Assembly (NCBI GenBank): GCA_035536235.1
Contig: DATLOQ010000119.1
Span: forward strand, 9 to 64,008
Direction of reading: 5' to 3'
DNA length: 64,000 nucleotides
Source of the DNA: Mycobacteriales bacterium
GTDB taxonomy: Bacteria > Actinomycetota > Actinomycetes > BP-191
In this document: in pieces, positions 32,896 to 41,870 of the stretch
Layout of the letters: each line of letters starts with the position of its first letter
Position numbering within the stretch: position 1 is the first letter of the stretch
Notes under the pieces: model-generated
Databases searched by the model: none
What the model saw: only the letters and a program-made list of their open reading frames with translations
What the model was told of the DNA's origin: nothing
Position numbers and translations under genes: made by a program

Positions 32896-35624
32896 ACGTG
32901 CCGGGCTCGGCGGCGGAGCGCCGCCCCGGCCAGGACGACGAGGAGCCCGAGGTGCGGCGCGACCGCGCCAGTCGCCGGCATTGGCCGCGGCGTGCGCACC
33001 GGGGGCACGGGAGCCGCGCGGACCGGCGCGGCGAGCGCTATCACGTGCACCCAACCGCCTCGGTCCTCGTACGGCATCGTCAAGCACGGCCCGATGACGC
33101 CGTCGGTGAGCGAGCAGACCTCGGACCGGGGGTGAGGGCGCCGAGCGTCGGTGAGATCGGGCCCAGAAATCTCCCGCACTGATGCGATCGCCGAGCGCAG
33201 CGCCGCCGCCACCACGGCCTGCGGAGCCCGGCCGCCGGTGTAGTCCCGCGAGGGGACCAGGCCGGAGAAGCCCGGCCGGAGGATTCGCGTCGCGAGGTTG
33301 TCCAGCGGTGGCGCGTCATAGACGTGGCTGCCCACGCCGGTCTGCCGATCGAGGATGGCATCGGATCCGTCATCCGGCAGCAGACCGGCGAAGAGCTCCC
33401 GGCGTACCGCGAGGACGAAGGCGTCGTAGAGCGTTGGCGCCGGGCCGTCGGTGGCCGGCTCACCCATCGTGTCAGCACCGGGTCCGTAGTGGCTGCCGTC
33501 CCAGGCCAGGAGCAGGTCGATCGCGGTGCGCTCGTCGGACGTCAGGTCGTCGCGACGGGCGAGCTCGGCCAGCAGGGGTCGATAGAGCGTCAGCCTGACG
33601 TCACGGCTGCCCGCCAGTCGGTCCACGGCCATCAACGCCTTGAGGTCCAAGTCCTTGCGGCCGCGCAGCAGGTCGTGCAGGAGCGTCACTCTCTGGACGG
33701 GGCCGGCAGGGCGAGAGAACGGTGCTCGCCCTTCGCCGTCCAACCAGCCGCGCGCGGGCTTGTTGTTCCAGTTGACGAGATAGCCCTCGGGCGGGTCGAC
33801 GGAGTGCGGCATCTCCTCGAAGGTCAGCAGCCCGTCCGGATCGTGCTCGCCAGTGCCAGGAGCGGGCAGCCGCATATCCACCGAGCGCTTGCGGCGCAGC
33901 TCCAGCCCCGGGTGCCAGTAGGCGATGCGCCCGTCTGCATCGGCATAGAGCACGTTCTCGTTCCAGGTGACCGCGCGGACACCGGCCTCGAACTCGGCGA
34001 AGGTGTCGGCGCTGTTCCACGCCAACGTGCCCTTGATGGTCTCGAGCTCTCGTCCCCACATGGCGTACTGCACGGACCGGGACTTAGTGCCGTCCGCGGT
34101 TGTCGCGACGATCGGCCCATGGACGGTACGGCAGGCGCGGACGTCCTGGCTGAGCAGGGCAGGGCCGACCGGCACGCCCTCGGGCGCGGCGCGGTAGCGC
34201 ACTGTCTCGGTCCGGCAGTCCGCGTCCTTCCACTTGCCGTCGTGCAGGTACTGCGGTGGATCGCCGGCGCTGGCACCCGGTCTGGTCGTCTCGATGTAGG
34301 AGTCGATGGACTTGCTATAGCCCGACGTCAGCGCCCACGCGACCCGCTTGCCGTACCCGATGCCGATCGTCGGCAGCCCTGGCACGGCCGCGCCGCGAGC
34401 GTCGTACCCGCCGCCGTGCACCTCGAGCTCCCAGAGCATGCTCGGGTAGCTGTAGCCGAGCTGCGGACCGCTGAGCAGCAGAGCCTTGCCGTCCCTAGTG
34501 TTCTTCGGCGCGACCGCTGCTGCGATGGACCCGCCGCGCAGGTTCGTCAGGTACTCGTGTACGGCGGTGACAGCGCGCGCCACGGCCGCCTGCGGGACGC
34601 CGAGCGGGTTGGCGGCCGGCGCGGCCACGGGGGCCCGTGGTGGCAGCGTCGGCTCCGGGCTGCCGCCAGTGCCGGGACCCGTGGCGAGCTCCAGCGGGAT
34701 GGTTGCGGCGAAGTCCGCCATGGACGTGAAGGTGCGAGCGCGATCAGCTGCGCTGCCCGGGATGTTGCTGAAGGAGCGACCCTGCACGGTGGTCACCGCC
34801 TTGGGGTCCTCTTGCCAGACCAGGTCCTCGAAGACTCCGCGGCCGGCGGTCTTGCCGAGCTTCGACTCCAGGGTCCGCAGCGCCGCGACGTTCTCCATCT
34901 CGTTGCCGCCCTCGGCGGCGACGAAGCGGGTGATCAGCACGCCTGCGGCGAGGACATCCCGTCGCTCCCACCGCCTCGGCGTAGTCGTCAGAAGGACGTA
35001 CTCCGCCGGCAGCAGTCGGGGATTCGCAGCCACCTCGTCGAGACGCGCGTTGACCCCGTCGACGTACCCGTCGACGGCGTCCTTGCCGGCCTGCGGCAGC
35101 GCGACGAAGAACTGCTCGTACTCCTCCGCGGAGTAGGTCAGGACGCGGGTCTTGATGTCGGCCGGGACGGACCCGCTGCCGGCCAGCTCGGCCAGCGTGC
35201 CGAGCCCCGTGCGCCGCAGGCCGTCCATGAAGAACAGCCGGTCCACCGCGGCAGAGTAGCCCGCCCCGAACCACACGTCTCGCCCGGTGTCGGCGTACAC
35301 CGCAGGCACGCCGAAGCCATCACGGTAGATGCGCACTCCCGGCTTGGGCTCCACCGGTTCGCCTTGAGCGTGGAATTTGCCGGGCTTGTATCCGAAGCCC
35401 CAGTAGAGCTCGCGTTGGTCGTCGATGTGCTCGCCGAACTCCGACGGCTTCCCTGATGCTTCTCCACGCAGCTGGCCCTCGACGGAGAAGAAGCCGCTGT
35501 TGCCGGGCGGCAGCACTGTGAACGCGGTGAGCTCCTGCCTGGGTGGGCTCTCCTGCGCCAGGGCCGGCGCGACCGGGAGGAAGCCAAGCAGGGCAACGAG
35601 GAGCGCTGCGGGGGCGATGCGCAT
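32892..35624 (-). CDS. Penicillin-acylase-family (Ntn hydrolase, S45) secreted protein with a C-terminal MPATG sorting-signal-like tail
   Basis: 910 aa. Signal peptide MRIAPAALLVALLGFLPVAPALA. LLLSGPQLGYSYPSMLWELEVHGGGYDARG is like the penicillin acylase beta-chain start. The C-terminus reads PMPATG (32967..32981), then a hydrophobic stretch, then RRRARHV. Confidence 0.8.
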   Translation of the reverse strand: MRIAPAALLVALLGFLPVAPALAQESPPRQELTAFTVLPPGNSGFFSVEGQLRGEASGKPSEFGEHIDDQRELYWGFGYKPGKFHAQGEPVEPKPGVRIYRDGFGVPAVYADTGRDVWFGAGYSAAVDRLFFMDGLRRTGLGTLAELAGSGSVPADIKTRVLTYSAEEYEQFFVALPQAGKDAVDGYVDGVNARLDEVAANPRLLPAEYVLLTTTPRRWERRDVLAAGVLITRFVAAEGGNEMENVAALRTLESKLGKTAGRGVFEDLVWQEDPKAVTTVQGRSFSNIPGSAADRARTFTSMADFAATIPLELATGPGTGGSPEPTLPPRAPVAAPAANPLGVPQAAVARAVTAVHEYLTNLRGGSIAAAVAPKNTRDGKALLLSGPQLGYSYPSMLWELEVHGGGYDARGAAVPGLPTIGIGYGKRVAWALTSGYSKSIDSYIETTRPGASAGDPPQYLHDGKWKDADCRTETVRYRAAPEGVPVGPALLSQDVRACRTVHGPIVATTADGTKSRSVQYAMWGRELETIKGTLAWNSADTFAEFEAGVRAVTWNENVLYADADGRIAYWHPGLELRRKRSVDMRLPAPGTGEHDPDGLLTFEEMPHSVDPPEGYLVNWNNKPARGWLDGEGRAPFSRPAGPVQRVTLLHDLLRGRKDLDLKALMAVDRLAGSRDVRLTLYRPLLAELARRDDLTSDERTAIDLLLAWDGSHYGPGADTMGEPATDGPAPTLYDAFVLAVRRELFAGLLPDDGSDAILDRQTGVGSHVYDAPPLDNLATRILRPGFSGLVPSRDYTGGRAPQAVVAAALRSAIASVREISGPDLTDARRPHPRSEVCSLTDGVIGPCLTMPYEDRGGWVHVIALAAPVRAAPVPPVRTPRPMPATGAVAPHLGLLVVLAGAALRRRARHV

Positions 35625-35634
35625 CCTCCGGTTA

Positions 35635-35640
35635 TACCGT
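35635..35640 (+). promoter_or_regulatory. -10-like hexamer TACCGT, 7 nt before the crtI ATG (leaderless candidate), inside a 23-bp divergent intergenic region
   Basis: GGTTATACCGTCCTGGACATG. TANNNT pattern. No Shine-Dalgarno sequence for crtI. Confidence 0.35.
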
Positions 35641-35647
35641 CCTGGAC

Positions 35648-37138
35648 ATGCGCACCGTCAGTGGTCCCAGCGATCGGGTCGTCATCGTCGGCGCCGGGCT
35701 GGCCGGGCTGTCCGCGGCGCTGCGCCTCGCCGGAGCTGGTCGCGAGGTCACTGTGCTGGAGCGCGAGTCCGTCCCCGGCGGTCGAGCAGGGCGACTCTCC
35801 GACAGCGGCTTCGAGTTCGACACCGGACCGACCGTGCTGACTATGCCGGACCTGATCCGCGACGCATTCGCGTGCGTCGGGGAGGAGATGGACGACTGGC
35901 TGACCCTGCGGCCGCTGTCCCCGCTCTACCGCGCCTACTACCCGGACGGCTCCACCCTGGACGTGCACAGCGACACCGACGCGATGGCCGAGGAGGTCGC
36001 GCGCGTCTGTGGTCCCGCCGAGGCGGCGGGCTACCGGCGCTACGTCGACTTCGTGTCGGAGCTCTACCGGCTGGAGATGGCCGACTTCATCGACCGCAAC
36101 ATCGACTCGCCCTTCTCGCTGCTGCGGCCGTCGCTGGCCCGGCTGGCGGCGATCGGCGGCTTCCGGCGGCTGGCACCCAAGGTGGGTGAGTACCTCAAGG
36201 ACCCGCGGACGCAGCGGGTGCTCTCCTTCCAGTCGATGTACGCCGGGCTGTCGCCGTACGACGCGCTCGCGATCTACGCGGTCATCGCCTACATGGACTC
36301 CGTCGCCGGCGTCTACTTCCCCGAGGGCGGCATGCACGCGGTGCCGGTCGCGCTCGCCGGCGCGGCGGTCAAGCACGGCGTCGACATCCGCTACTCCACG
36401 ACGGTGACGCAGGTCGAGGTCGTCAACGGTCGGGCCGTCGGCGTGCTCACGGCTGCCGGCGAGCGAATCCCGGCCGATGTGGTGGTGCTCAACCCGGACC
36501 TCCCGGTGGCCTATCGCGAGCTGCTGCCGCCGACCGCGGTGCCGGCGCGGGTGAAGTCGCTCACCTACTCGCCGTCGTGCTTCCTGCTGCTGGCCGGGTC
36601 GACGGCGTCGTACTCCCAGATCGCGCACCACAACATCCACTTCGGCAAGTCGTGGCGCGGCGTCTTCGACGAGCTCATCGACCAGCAGTCGCTGATGAGC
36701 GACCCCTCGGTGCTGGTGACCGCGCCCACGCACACCGACCCGTCGCTGGCACCGGAGGGCCGTCACATCTACTACGTGCTCTTTCCGACGCCCAACCTCG
36801 ACGCTGCTCTCGACTGGTCGGTCATCGGCCCGCGCTACCGCAATGAAGTCATCGGGCACCTGGAGCGCCTCGGCTACGTCGGATTCGGCGACGCGATCGA
36901 GGTCGAGCACGTGACGACGCCGGCCGACTGGAGGGCCCGCGGGATGGAGCGAGGCGCGCCGTTCGCGGCGGCGCACACCTTCTTCCAGACGGGTCCGTTT
37001 CGGCCCGCCAACCTCGCGCCCAAGGTGGACGGCGTGGTCTTCTGCGGCTCGGGCACCCAGCCGGGCGTCGGCGTACCGATGGTGCTCATCAGCGGCCGCC
37101 TCGCCGCTGAGCGCATCCTCGGCCCCAGCACGTCCTAA
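35648..37138 (+). CDS. crtI: Phytoene desaturase
   Basis: ORF 35543..37138, trimmed to ATG 35648. VVIVGAGLAGLSAALRLAGAGREVTVLE...GGRAG, SMYAGLSPYDALAIY, VVFCGSGTQPGVGVPMV. Confidence 0.85.
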   Translation: MRTVSGPSDRVVIVGAGLAGLSAALRLAGAGREVTVLERESVPGGRAGRLSDSGFEFDTGPTVLTMPDLIRDAFACVGEEMDDWLTLRPLSPLYRAYYPDGSTLDVHSDTDAMAEEVARVCGPAEAAGYRRYVDFVSELYRLEMADFIDRNIDSPFSLLRPSLARLAAIGGFRRLAPKVGEYLKDPRTQRVLSFQSMYAGLSPYDALAIYAVIAYMDSVAGVYFPEGGMHAVPVALAGAAVKHGVDIRYSTTVTQVEVVNGRAVGVLTAAGERIPADVVVLNPDLPVAYRELLPPTAVPARVKSLTYSPSCFLLLAGSTASYSQIAHHNIHFGKSWRGVFDELIDQQSLMSDPSVLVTAPTHTDPSLAPEGRHIYYVLFPTPNLDAALDWSVIGPRYRNEVIGHLERLGYVGFGDAIEVEHVTTPADWRARGMERGAPFAAAHTFFQTGPFRPANLAPKVDGVVFCGSGTQPGVGVPMVLISGRLAAERILGPSTS

Positions 37139-37192
37139 ACCCTCCTCGCCTCCCGGTCCAGGCGCCGTGGCCCGCGACCGAATTCCCCATCT

Positions 37193-37276
37193 CCGCACAC
37201 AAAGTGATCGCCATGCCGCCGGACTGAGCACGAGTCTGCAGCGAGCCGTGTGGATAGAGGACCACTTTGTGTGCGG
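37193..37276 (+). repeat. Element L: 84 bp with perfect 14-bp terminal inverted repeats (CCGCACACAAAGTG / CACTTTGTGTGCGG), 4 nt beyond the stop of the AbiEi/DUF559 gene
   Basis: Read directly. The whole element aligns to the reverse complement of element R (38268..38350) at roughly 70% by hand (17 of 19 and 12 of 13 at the two ends, plus shared internal GAGCACG and TGTGGA). Confidence 0.7.
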
Positions 37277-37280
37277 TCAG

Positions 37281-38183
37281 TCAGGGCCGGAGCATCTCCG
37301 CCAGGGTCGCAAGCACGTAGTCGGGCTCGTGGACGACGTGCTGCCAGCAGAAGCGGAGCAGCTGCAGCCCGAGGATCTCGAGCTCGTTGGCGCGCCACTC
37401 GTCAACTGCAAGCCGCTCCAGGCCGTGGAACAGGTCACCCTCGGTCTCCACAACGAGCCGGGGTGGGTACCAGAAGTCGACCCGACCGAGGCGGCGTCCG
37501 TTGGCGCGCCGAAGGAGTCGCTGAGTCTGGCCCGGCGGCATACCGGCCAAGACGACCAGGACGCGGAAGAGCGACTCCAACACCGATCCAGCCCGGGGGT
37601 TGACGAGTCCCAGCACGGTCGATACCCGCGACGCATCTCGTCCCCACAGCGCACGGCGCTCACCGATGACCGCCAGCATCCGCAACAGCCCCAATCGCAT
37701 GAGCGAGTCGATGGCCGCGACCGCGGTGCTCTGCGGCTCGGCACGAGCGAGGTCGACAGCCAGCCGGGCAGGTGCGGTCACTTTGAGCACGATCACGTCG
37801 TCGCCAACCCGCAGGCGCAGCGGTCCGACGTCCGCCGGGCCGAGATCGGATCGATGCACCTCGTACGGCGAGCTCACTCGCGACCGGTTGCGCTCTACAG
37901 TGAGGTGAGTAGCGCCGTCCCAGCCGAGTATTGGCACGCCTTGCAGCACGGCCGCGGCGGCATGGCTGACCGCAGCGCGCCGCCCAGCCGCCTCCTCGGC
38001 CACCTCGTGCACCCAGTCCGGGGAGGAGGGGATGAGCCAGGTCTTCGCGCGTACTAGCAGTACGTCGCCCCTACGCCGACGCTGGGCCAATTCGGCCGCC
38101 TCGACCCCGTGCCCGCGGGCGAACGGCGTGGAGACCAGCCGACCCGTCGCACCAGCGGCTGCCGCCAGGCTCTCGAATGACAT
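37281..38183 (-). CDS. AbiEi_4-like wHTH N-terminus plus DUF559 (Vsr-like endonuclease fold) C-terminus protein
   Basis: ORF 37281..38294, trimmed to ATG 38183 (MSFESLAAAAGATGRLVSTPFARGHGVEAAELAQRRRRGDVLLVRAKTWL). C-terminal RVDFWYPPRLVVETEGDLFH...ANELEILGLQLLRF matches the DUF559 pattern. Opposite strand to the flanking crtI and crtB. Confidence 0.65.
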   Translation of the reverse strand: MSFESLAAAAGATGRLVSTPFARGHGVEAAELAQRRRRGDVLLVRAKTWLIPSSPDWVHEVAEEAAGRRAAVSHAAAAVLQGVPILGWDGATHLTVERNRSRVSSPYEVHRSDLGPADVGPLRLRVGDDVIVLKVTAPARLAVDLARAEPQSTAVAAIDSLMRLGLLRMLAVIGERRALWGRDASRVSTVLGLVNPRAGSVLESLFRVLVVLAGMPPGQTQRLLRRANGRRLGRVDFWYPPRLVVETEGDLFHGLERLAVDEWRANELEILGLQLLRFCWQHVVHEPDYVLATLAEMLRP

Positions 38184-38267
38184 CCACCCAGCGTGCGCAC
38201 TCGCACCGTCGTACCGGGGTCGTGACGTGAATCTGTGAATAAGCCGGATCGGCGGCCGCACCCGATC

Positions 38268-38350
38268 CCGCACACAAAGGGGGCCGTCGTCCACAGGCCG
38301 AGCGGCGTCGCGTGCTCGCGGCGACGAGGGCGCGATCGCTTTGTGTGCGA
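38268..38350 (-). repeat. Element R: 83 bp, an inverted copy of element L, lying between the AbiEi/DUF559 start and the crtB start
   Basis: CCGCACACAAAG (38268..38279) and CTTTGTGTGCGA (38339..38350) pair at 11 of 12 positions. See element L for the alignment. Confidence 0.7.
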
Positions 38351-38399
38351 GCAGCTCTGATCTGGGGCCTCGCGAACCAACAGTGGGAGACTCAGGCGC

Positions 38400-39338
38400 A
38401 TGGGGTTGGTGCAGGAAGCGCTGTCACGGGGTGAGCTGCGCCGGGTCGCCGACCCGACCCTGCGGGCGTCGTACCTCGCCTGCAAGGACCTCAACGCTCG
38501 CCATGGCCGCACCTACTTCCTCGCGACGCTGCTGCTGCCGGCGTGGAAGCGCCCGTACGTGCACGCCCTCTACGGCTTTGCGCGGTACGCCGACGAGATC
38601 GTCGACGACCTCGGCTCGACCGCCAGCGACGCCGAGAAGGCGGCCCACCTCACCACCTGGGGCGAGCAGTTCCTCGCCGACGTACGCCGGGGCGAGAGCA
38701 CGGACCCGGTCTGCCGCGCGGTCGTCGACACCGTGCGCCGGTGGGACATCCCCATCGCGCACTTCGAGGCGTTCCTGCAGTCGATGCAGATGGACCTGAC
38801 CGTCACCGACTACAAGACCTACGAAGACCTGATGGTCTACGTCTACGGGTCCGCCGCAGTGATCGGGCTGCAGATGGTGCCGATCCTCGAGCCGCTGGAC
38901 GACTCGGCGTCTGCCTACGCGGCGGACCTCGGCATCGCCTTCCAGCTGGCCAACTTCATCCGCGACGTCGGCGAGGACCTGCAGCGCGGCCGCATCTACC
39001 TCCCGTTGGAGGACCTGCAAGCGTTCGGCGTCGACCGCGAGCACCTCGCGCGCGGTGTCGTAGACGGCCCGATACGACGGCTGCTGGCCTTCGAGATATC
39101 CCGCACCCGCGAGATCTTCCGGGCCGCCCGCCCCGGCGTCCGCCTGCTGCACTCGACCAGCCGCGACTGCATCGAGACGGCGCTCACCCTCTACGGCGGC
39201 ATCCTGGACGAGGTGGAGGCCGCCGACTACCAGGTGCTCGACCGGCGGGTCTCCGTCGGCCTGCCCCGGCGGGCGGCCGTCGCCGGCCGGGGAATCGTCC
39301 GGGCCCGGCGGGCGCGCCGCCGTGGCCCCTGGGCGTAG
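38400..39338 (+). CDS. crtB: Phytoene synthase
   Basis: 312 aa. YVHALYGFARYADEIVDD and LANFIRDVGEDLQRGRIYLP. GGGAGA lies 9 nt before the ATG. Confidence 0.9.
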   Translation: MGLVQEALSRGELRRVADPTLRASYLACKDLNARHGRTYFLATLLLPAWKRPYVHALYGFARYADEIVDDLGSTASDAEKAAHLTTWGEQFLADVRRGESTDPVCRAVVDTVRRWDIPIAHFEAFLQSMQMDLTVTDYKTYEDLMVYVYGSAAVIGLQMVPILEPLDDSASAYAADLGIAFQLANFIRDVGEDLQRGRIYLPLEDLQAFGVDREHLARGVVDGPIRRLLAFEISRTREIFRAARPGVRLLHSTSRDCIETALTLYGGILDEVEAADYQVLDRRVSVGLPRRAAVAGRGIVRARRARRRGPWA

Positions 39339-39416
39339 CCTCTCAGGAGGCAGGCCTCGGCCGCCGTACGGCGAAGTTCAGCGAAGCTGCACTACTTCCG
39401 GCCCTCAGGAGCTCCC

Positions 39417-41048
39417 ATGCGCACGCGCCCCAGTCGGCTCTCTCGGACCCTGGCGCTCGGCGGCCTTGCGGCGGTCGCGATCGGCGGGGCGACCCTGTCC
39501 TCGCCCGCCACGGCCGCCACCCCCTGCACGCCTCCGCCGCGAGCGATGACCTTCGACGAGCCGGGCTATGTCGACACGACTCGAGCCGGCGGTGAGCCCA
39601 TCATCTTCACCCACCCCGACGGCACGCTGCTCTACGGCTCGCACGCCGGCACGACGCACTTCTTCGCCCCCGAATCCGCGGACGAGCAGATCGCCGCTTT
39701 CGCCGGCAACTACCGCGGCCAGACCTACTACTACCACTCCAAGGACAACGGGAAGAGCTGGACCTACGTCGACCGCACCTTCCCACCCGACTCGACGCTG
39801 GCCTCCGGCTTCTCCGACCCGGAGTTCGCCTACGACAAGGCGGGCAACGTCTACGTCTCGGAGATCAACCTGGCCAACATCTCGATGTCGAAGTCGACCG
39901 ACTCGGGCCAGTCCTACAAGGAGCAGAACTTCTTCGCCCAGACGGTCACCGACCGGCAGTGGACCGAGGGGGACGAAGAGGACGTCGTCTACATCATCGC
40001 CAACTCCTTCGGCGGCGGTACCTTCCCCAGCCGACCCGTCGGCAACAGCGGGCACTACCTCTACAAGAGCGTCGACGGCGGCAAGACCTTCACGCCAGGC
40101 ATCCCCGACGATGCCGGCCTCGGCGACATCCGGGTGGACAAGAGTGACGGCACGCTCTACGAGGCGCAGTACGCCGGCGCTGGTGGCGATCTGATCATGC
40201 GAGCCTTCCGCGGTGCGCGCGCGGACGACATGACCCCCGAGGACAACGTCGTCGCCGAGGGTGTCAGCATGCTGGCGCACTGGCCGACCTTCGACCTCGA
40301 CCCCGCTGGCAACCTCTACATCACCTGGGACGAGTCTGGCCAGGGCGATCGCCCGGCCGGCATCTACTACGCCTACTCCACCGACCGCGGCAAGAAGTGG
40401 TCCGCGCCGGTCCGCCTCGACAAGGACGAGAAGACTGACATCTGGCCCTGGCTCGCCGTCGGTGACGAGGGCCGGGTCGGAGTCGCCTGGTTCCAGGCCG
40501 ACGTGCAGCTGCCGGAGGAGGACGCCCAGACTCCCGGTGACCATGGCTGGACGGTGCAGGCCGCGCAGAGCCTCAACGGGCTCGGCTGCCTCTCCTCCCC
40601 GGTCCCCGCCTTCCGCAACGCCACGGCCGTCGCCGACCCCGTCCACGCCGGGACGATCTGCCAGGGCGGCACCGTGTGCCAGGCGCAGGCCATCGACCGC
40701 CGTCTCGGCGACTACTTCAGCGTCGAGATCGCCGGGGACGGTAAGTTCGTGCTCGCGTACTCCGACACTCGGATGGGCGGCCCGGTGGCGCTGCCCGGCT
40801 TCACCCGGCAGACCGACGGGCCGTCGTTCTTCGGCAAGCCGGAGCCGCGGTTCGGCAGCAAGGGTGCGGTCCGGCCGGCACCCGCGCGACCGCAGCCACA
40901 GCCCCAGCCGGCGCCCCGACCCGCTCCCAAGCCGGCGCCGCTGCCGGCCACCGGTGGGTCGCTGGCCGGCATAGGTCTGGCGCTGCTCGCCGGCGCGGCC
41001 GGTGTCGCCGCCGTACGCCGGCACCGGCAGCGTGCTGTCACCGGGTGA
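39417..41048 (+). CDS. LPXTG-anchored BNR/Asp-box (sialidase-fold) surface protein
   Basis: 543 aa with a signal peptide. Asp-boxes SKDNGKSWT, STDSGQSY, SVDGGKTF, STDRGKKWS. Pro-rich stalk, then LPATG (40941..40955), a hydrophobic helix and RRHRQR. Confidence 0.65.
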   Translation: MRTRPSRLSRTLALGGLAAVAIGGATLSSPATAATPCTPPPRAMTFDEPGYVDTTRAGGEPIIFTHPDGTLLYGSHAGTTHFFAPESADEQIAAFAGNYRGQTYYYHSKDNGKSWTYVDRTFPPDSTLASGFSDPEFAYDKAGNVYVSEINLANISMSKSTDSGQSYKEQNFFAQTVTDRQWTEGDEEDVVYIIANSFGGGTFPSRPVGNSGHYLYKSVDGGKTFTPGIPDDAGLGDIRVDKSDGTLYEAQYAGAGGDLIMRAFRGARADDMTPEDNVVAEGVSMLAHWPTFDLDPAGNLYITWDESGQGDRPAGIYYAYSTDRGKKWSAPVRLDKDEKTDIWPWLAVGDEGRVGVAWFQADVQLPEEDAQTPGDHGWTVQAAQSLNGLGCLSSPVPAFRNATAVADPVHAGTICQGGTVCQAQAIDRRLGDYFSVEIAGDGKFVLAYSDTRMGGPVALPGFTRQTDGPSFFGKPEPRFGSKGAVRPAPARPQPQPQPAPRPAPKPAPLPATGGSLAGIGLALLAGAAGVAAVRRHRQRAVTG

Positions 41049-41060
41049 CCTCCAGCACCG

Positions 41061-41870
41061 GTGCCACGCAGCGCTAGCACCTGGGTCCGTCGTGCGCTCG
41101 GCGTCCTGGTCACGGTCTCCCTCGGCCTGGGCACGTTCGTCCTCTACGGCGCTCGAGTGGCCCACCCGGTCAGCGCCGCGGAGGCGCTCCGCGGCTTCAC
41201 CGAGCGGCCGTCGTACGCCGGACGTCCCGGTCTCGACGCGGCCTTAGACGGAGTCCGACCGGCGGCCGGCGTCTACCGGTACGCGACCACCGGGTCGGCG
41301 CGGGTGGACCTGCTGGGCATCGAGCGGCACTACCCCTCGACAACGGCACGGGTGGTCCGGCTCGGTCCCGGCTGCCAGTGGGAGGAACAGGTGCCGCTCT
41401 TCGACGAGCATGTCGAGACCTACTCCGCCTGTGCGGCAGCTGGCGACCAGATCGAGACCGGCTACGCCACCCGGCTGACTTACTTCTTCGTGCCCGATAT
41501 CAGTGACGCGGGATGCGCCCCGGGCGGGAGCCGGACAGGACACCGCCTGGCGCCAGGCAGCACGCAGAGGTTTCGCTGCCTCGACCGAGCCCGTCAGGTC
41601 CGCACGGACGGCAGCATCACGTTCCTTGGCGCGTCGACCGTCCACGTGGACGGGCGGGAGCAGCCATGTCGGCAGGTGCGGATGCTCACGGTGCTCCGTG
41701 GTCGCACCAGCGGCGCCGCGCTGCGCGAGCTGTGCACCGAGGCGAGCACGGGCCTGGTGCTGCGGGAGACCCGCACCGTCGGGCTCACCGTGGAGAGCGC
41801 GTTCGTCGGAGTCGTCCGCTACGTCGAGTCCGCCGAGTTCACGCTGAAGTCGATGACGCCACGGCGCTAG
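41061..41870 (+). CDS. Hypothetical N-terminally membrane-anchored protein
   Basis: 269 aa. GTG start, single TM helix ALGVLVTVSLGLGTFVLYGA. No family recognised. Its stop overlaps the convergent GT2 stop (CTAG). Confidence 0.45.
   Translation: MPRSASTWVRRALGVLVTVSLGLGTFVLYGARVAHPVSAAEALRGFTERPSYAGRPGLDAALDGVRPAAGVYRYATTGSARVDLLGIERHYPSTTARVVRLGPGCQWEEQVPLFDEHVETYSACAAAGDQIETGYATRLTYFFVPDISDAGCAPGGSRTGHRLAPGSTQRFRCLDRARQVRTDGSITFLGASTVHVDGREQPCRQVRMLTVLRGRTSGAALRELCTEASTGLVLRETRTVGLTVESAFVGVVRYVESAEFTLKSMTPRR

Noticed and set aside
37193-38350. The CACACAAAG inverted repeats as a carotenoid-operon operator (LitR/CarH/CrtR-type)
   Set aside because: The motif was not seen upstream of the other carotenoid units (21228, 22128, 23875, 35648, 43637), and one copy lies downstream of crtI. 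A mobile-element or self-regulation explanation fits better. This is not fully excluded.
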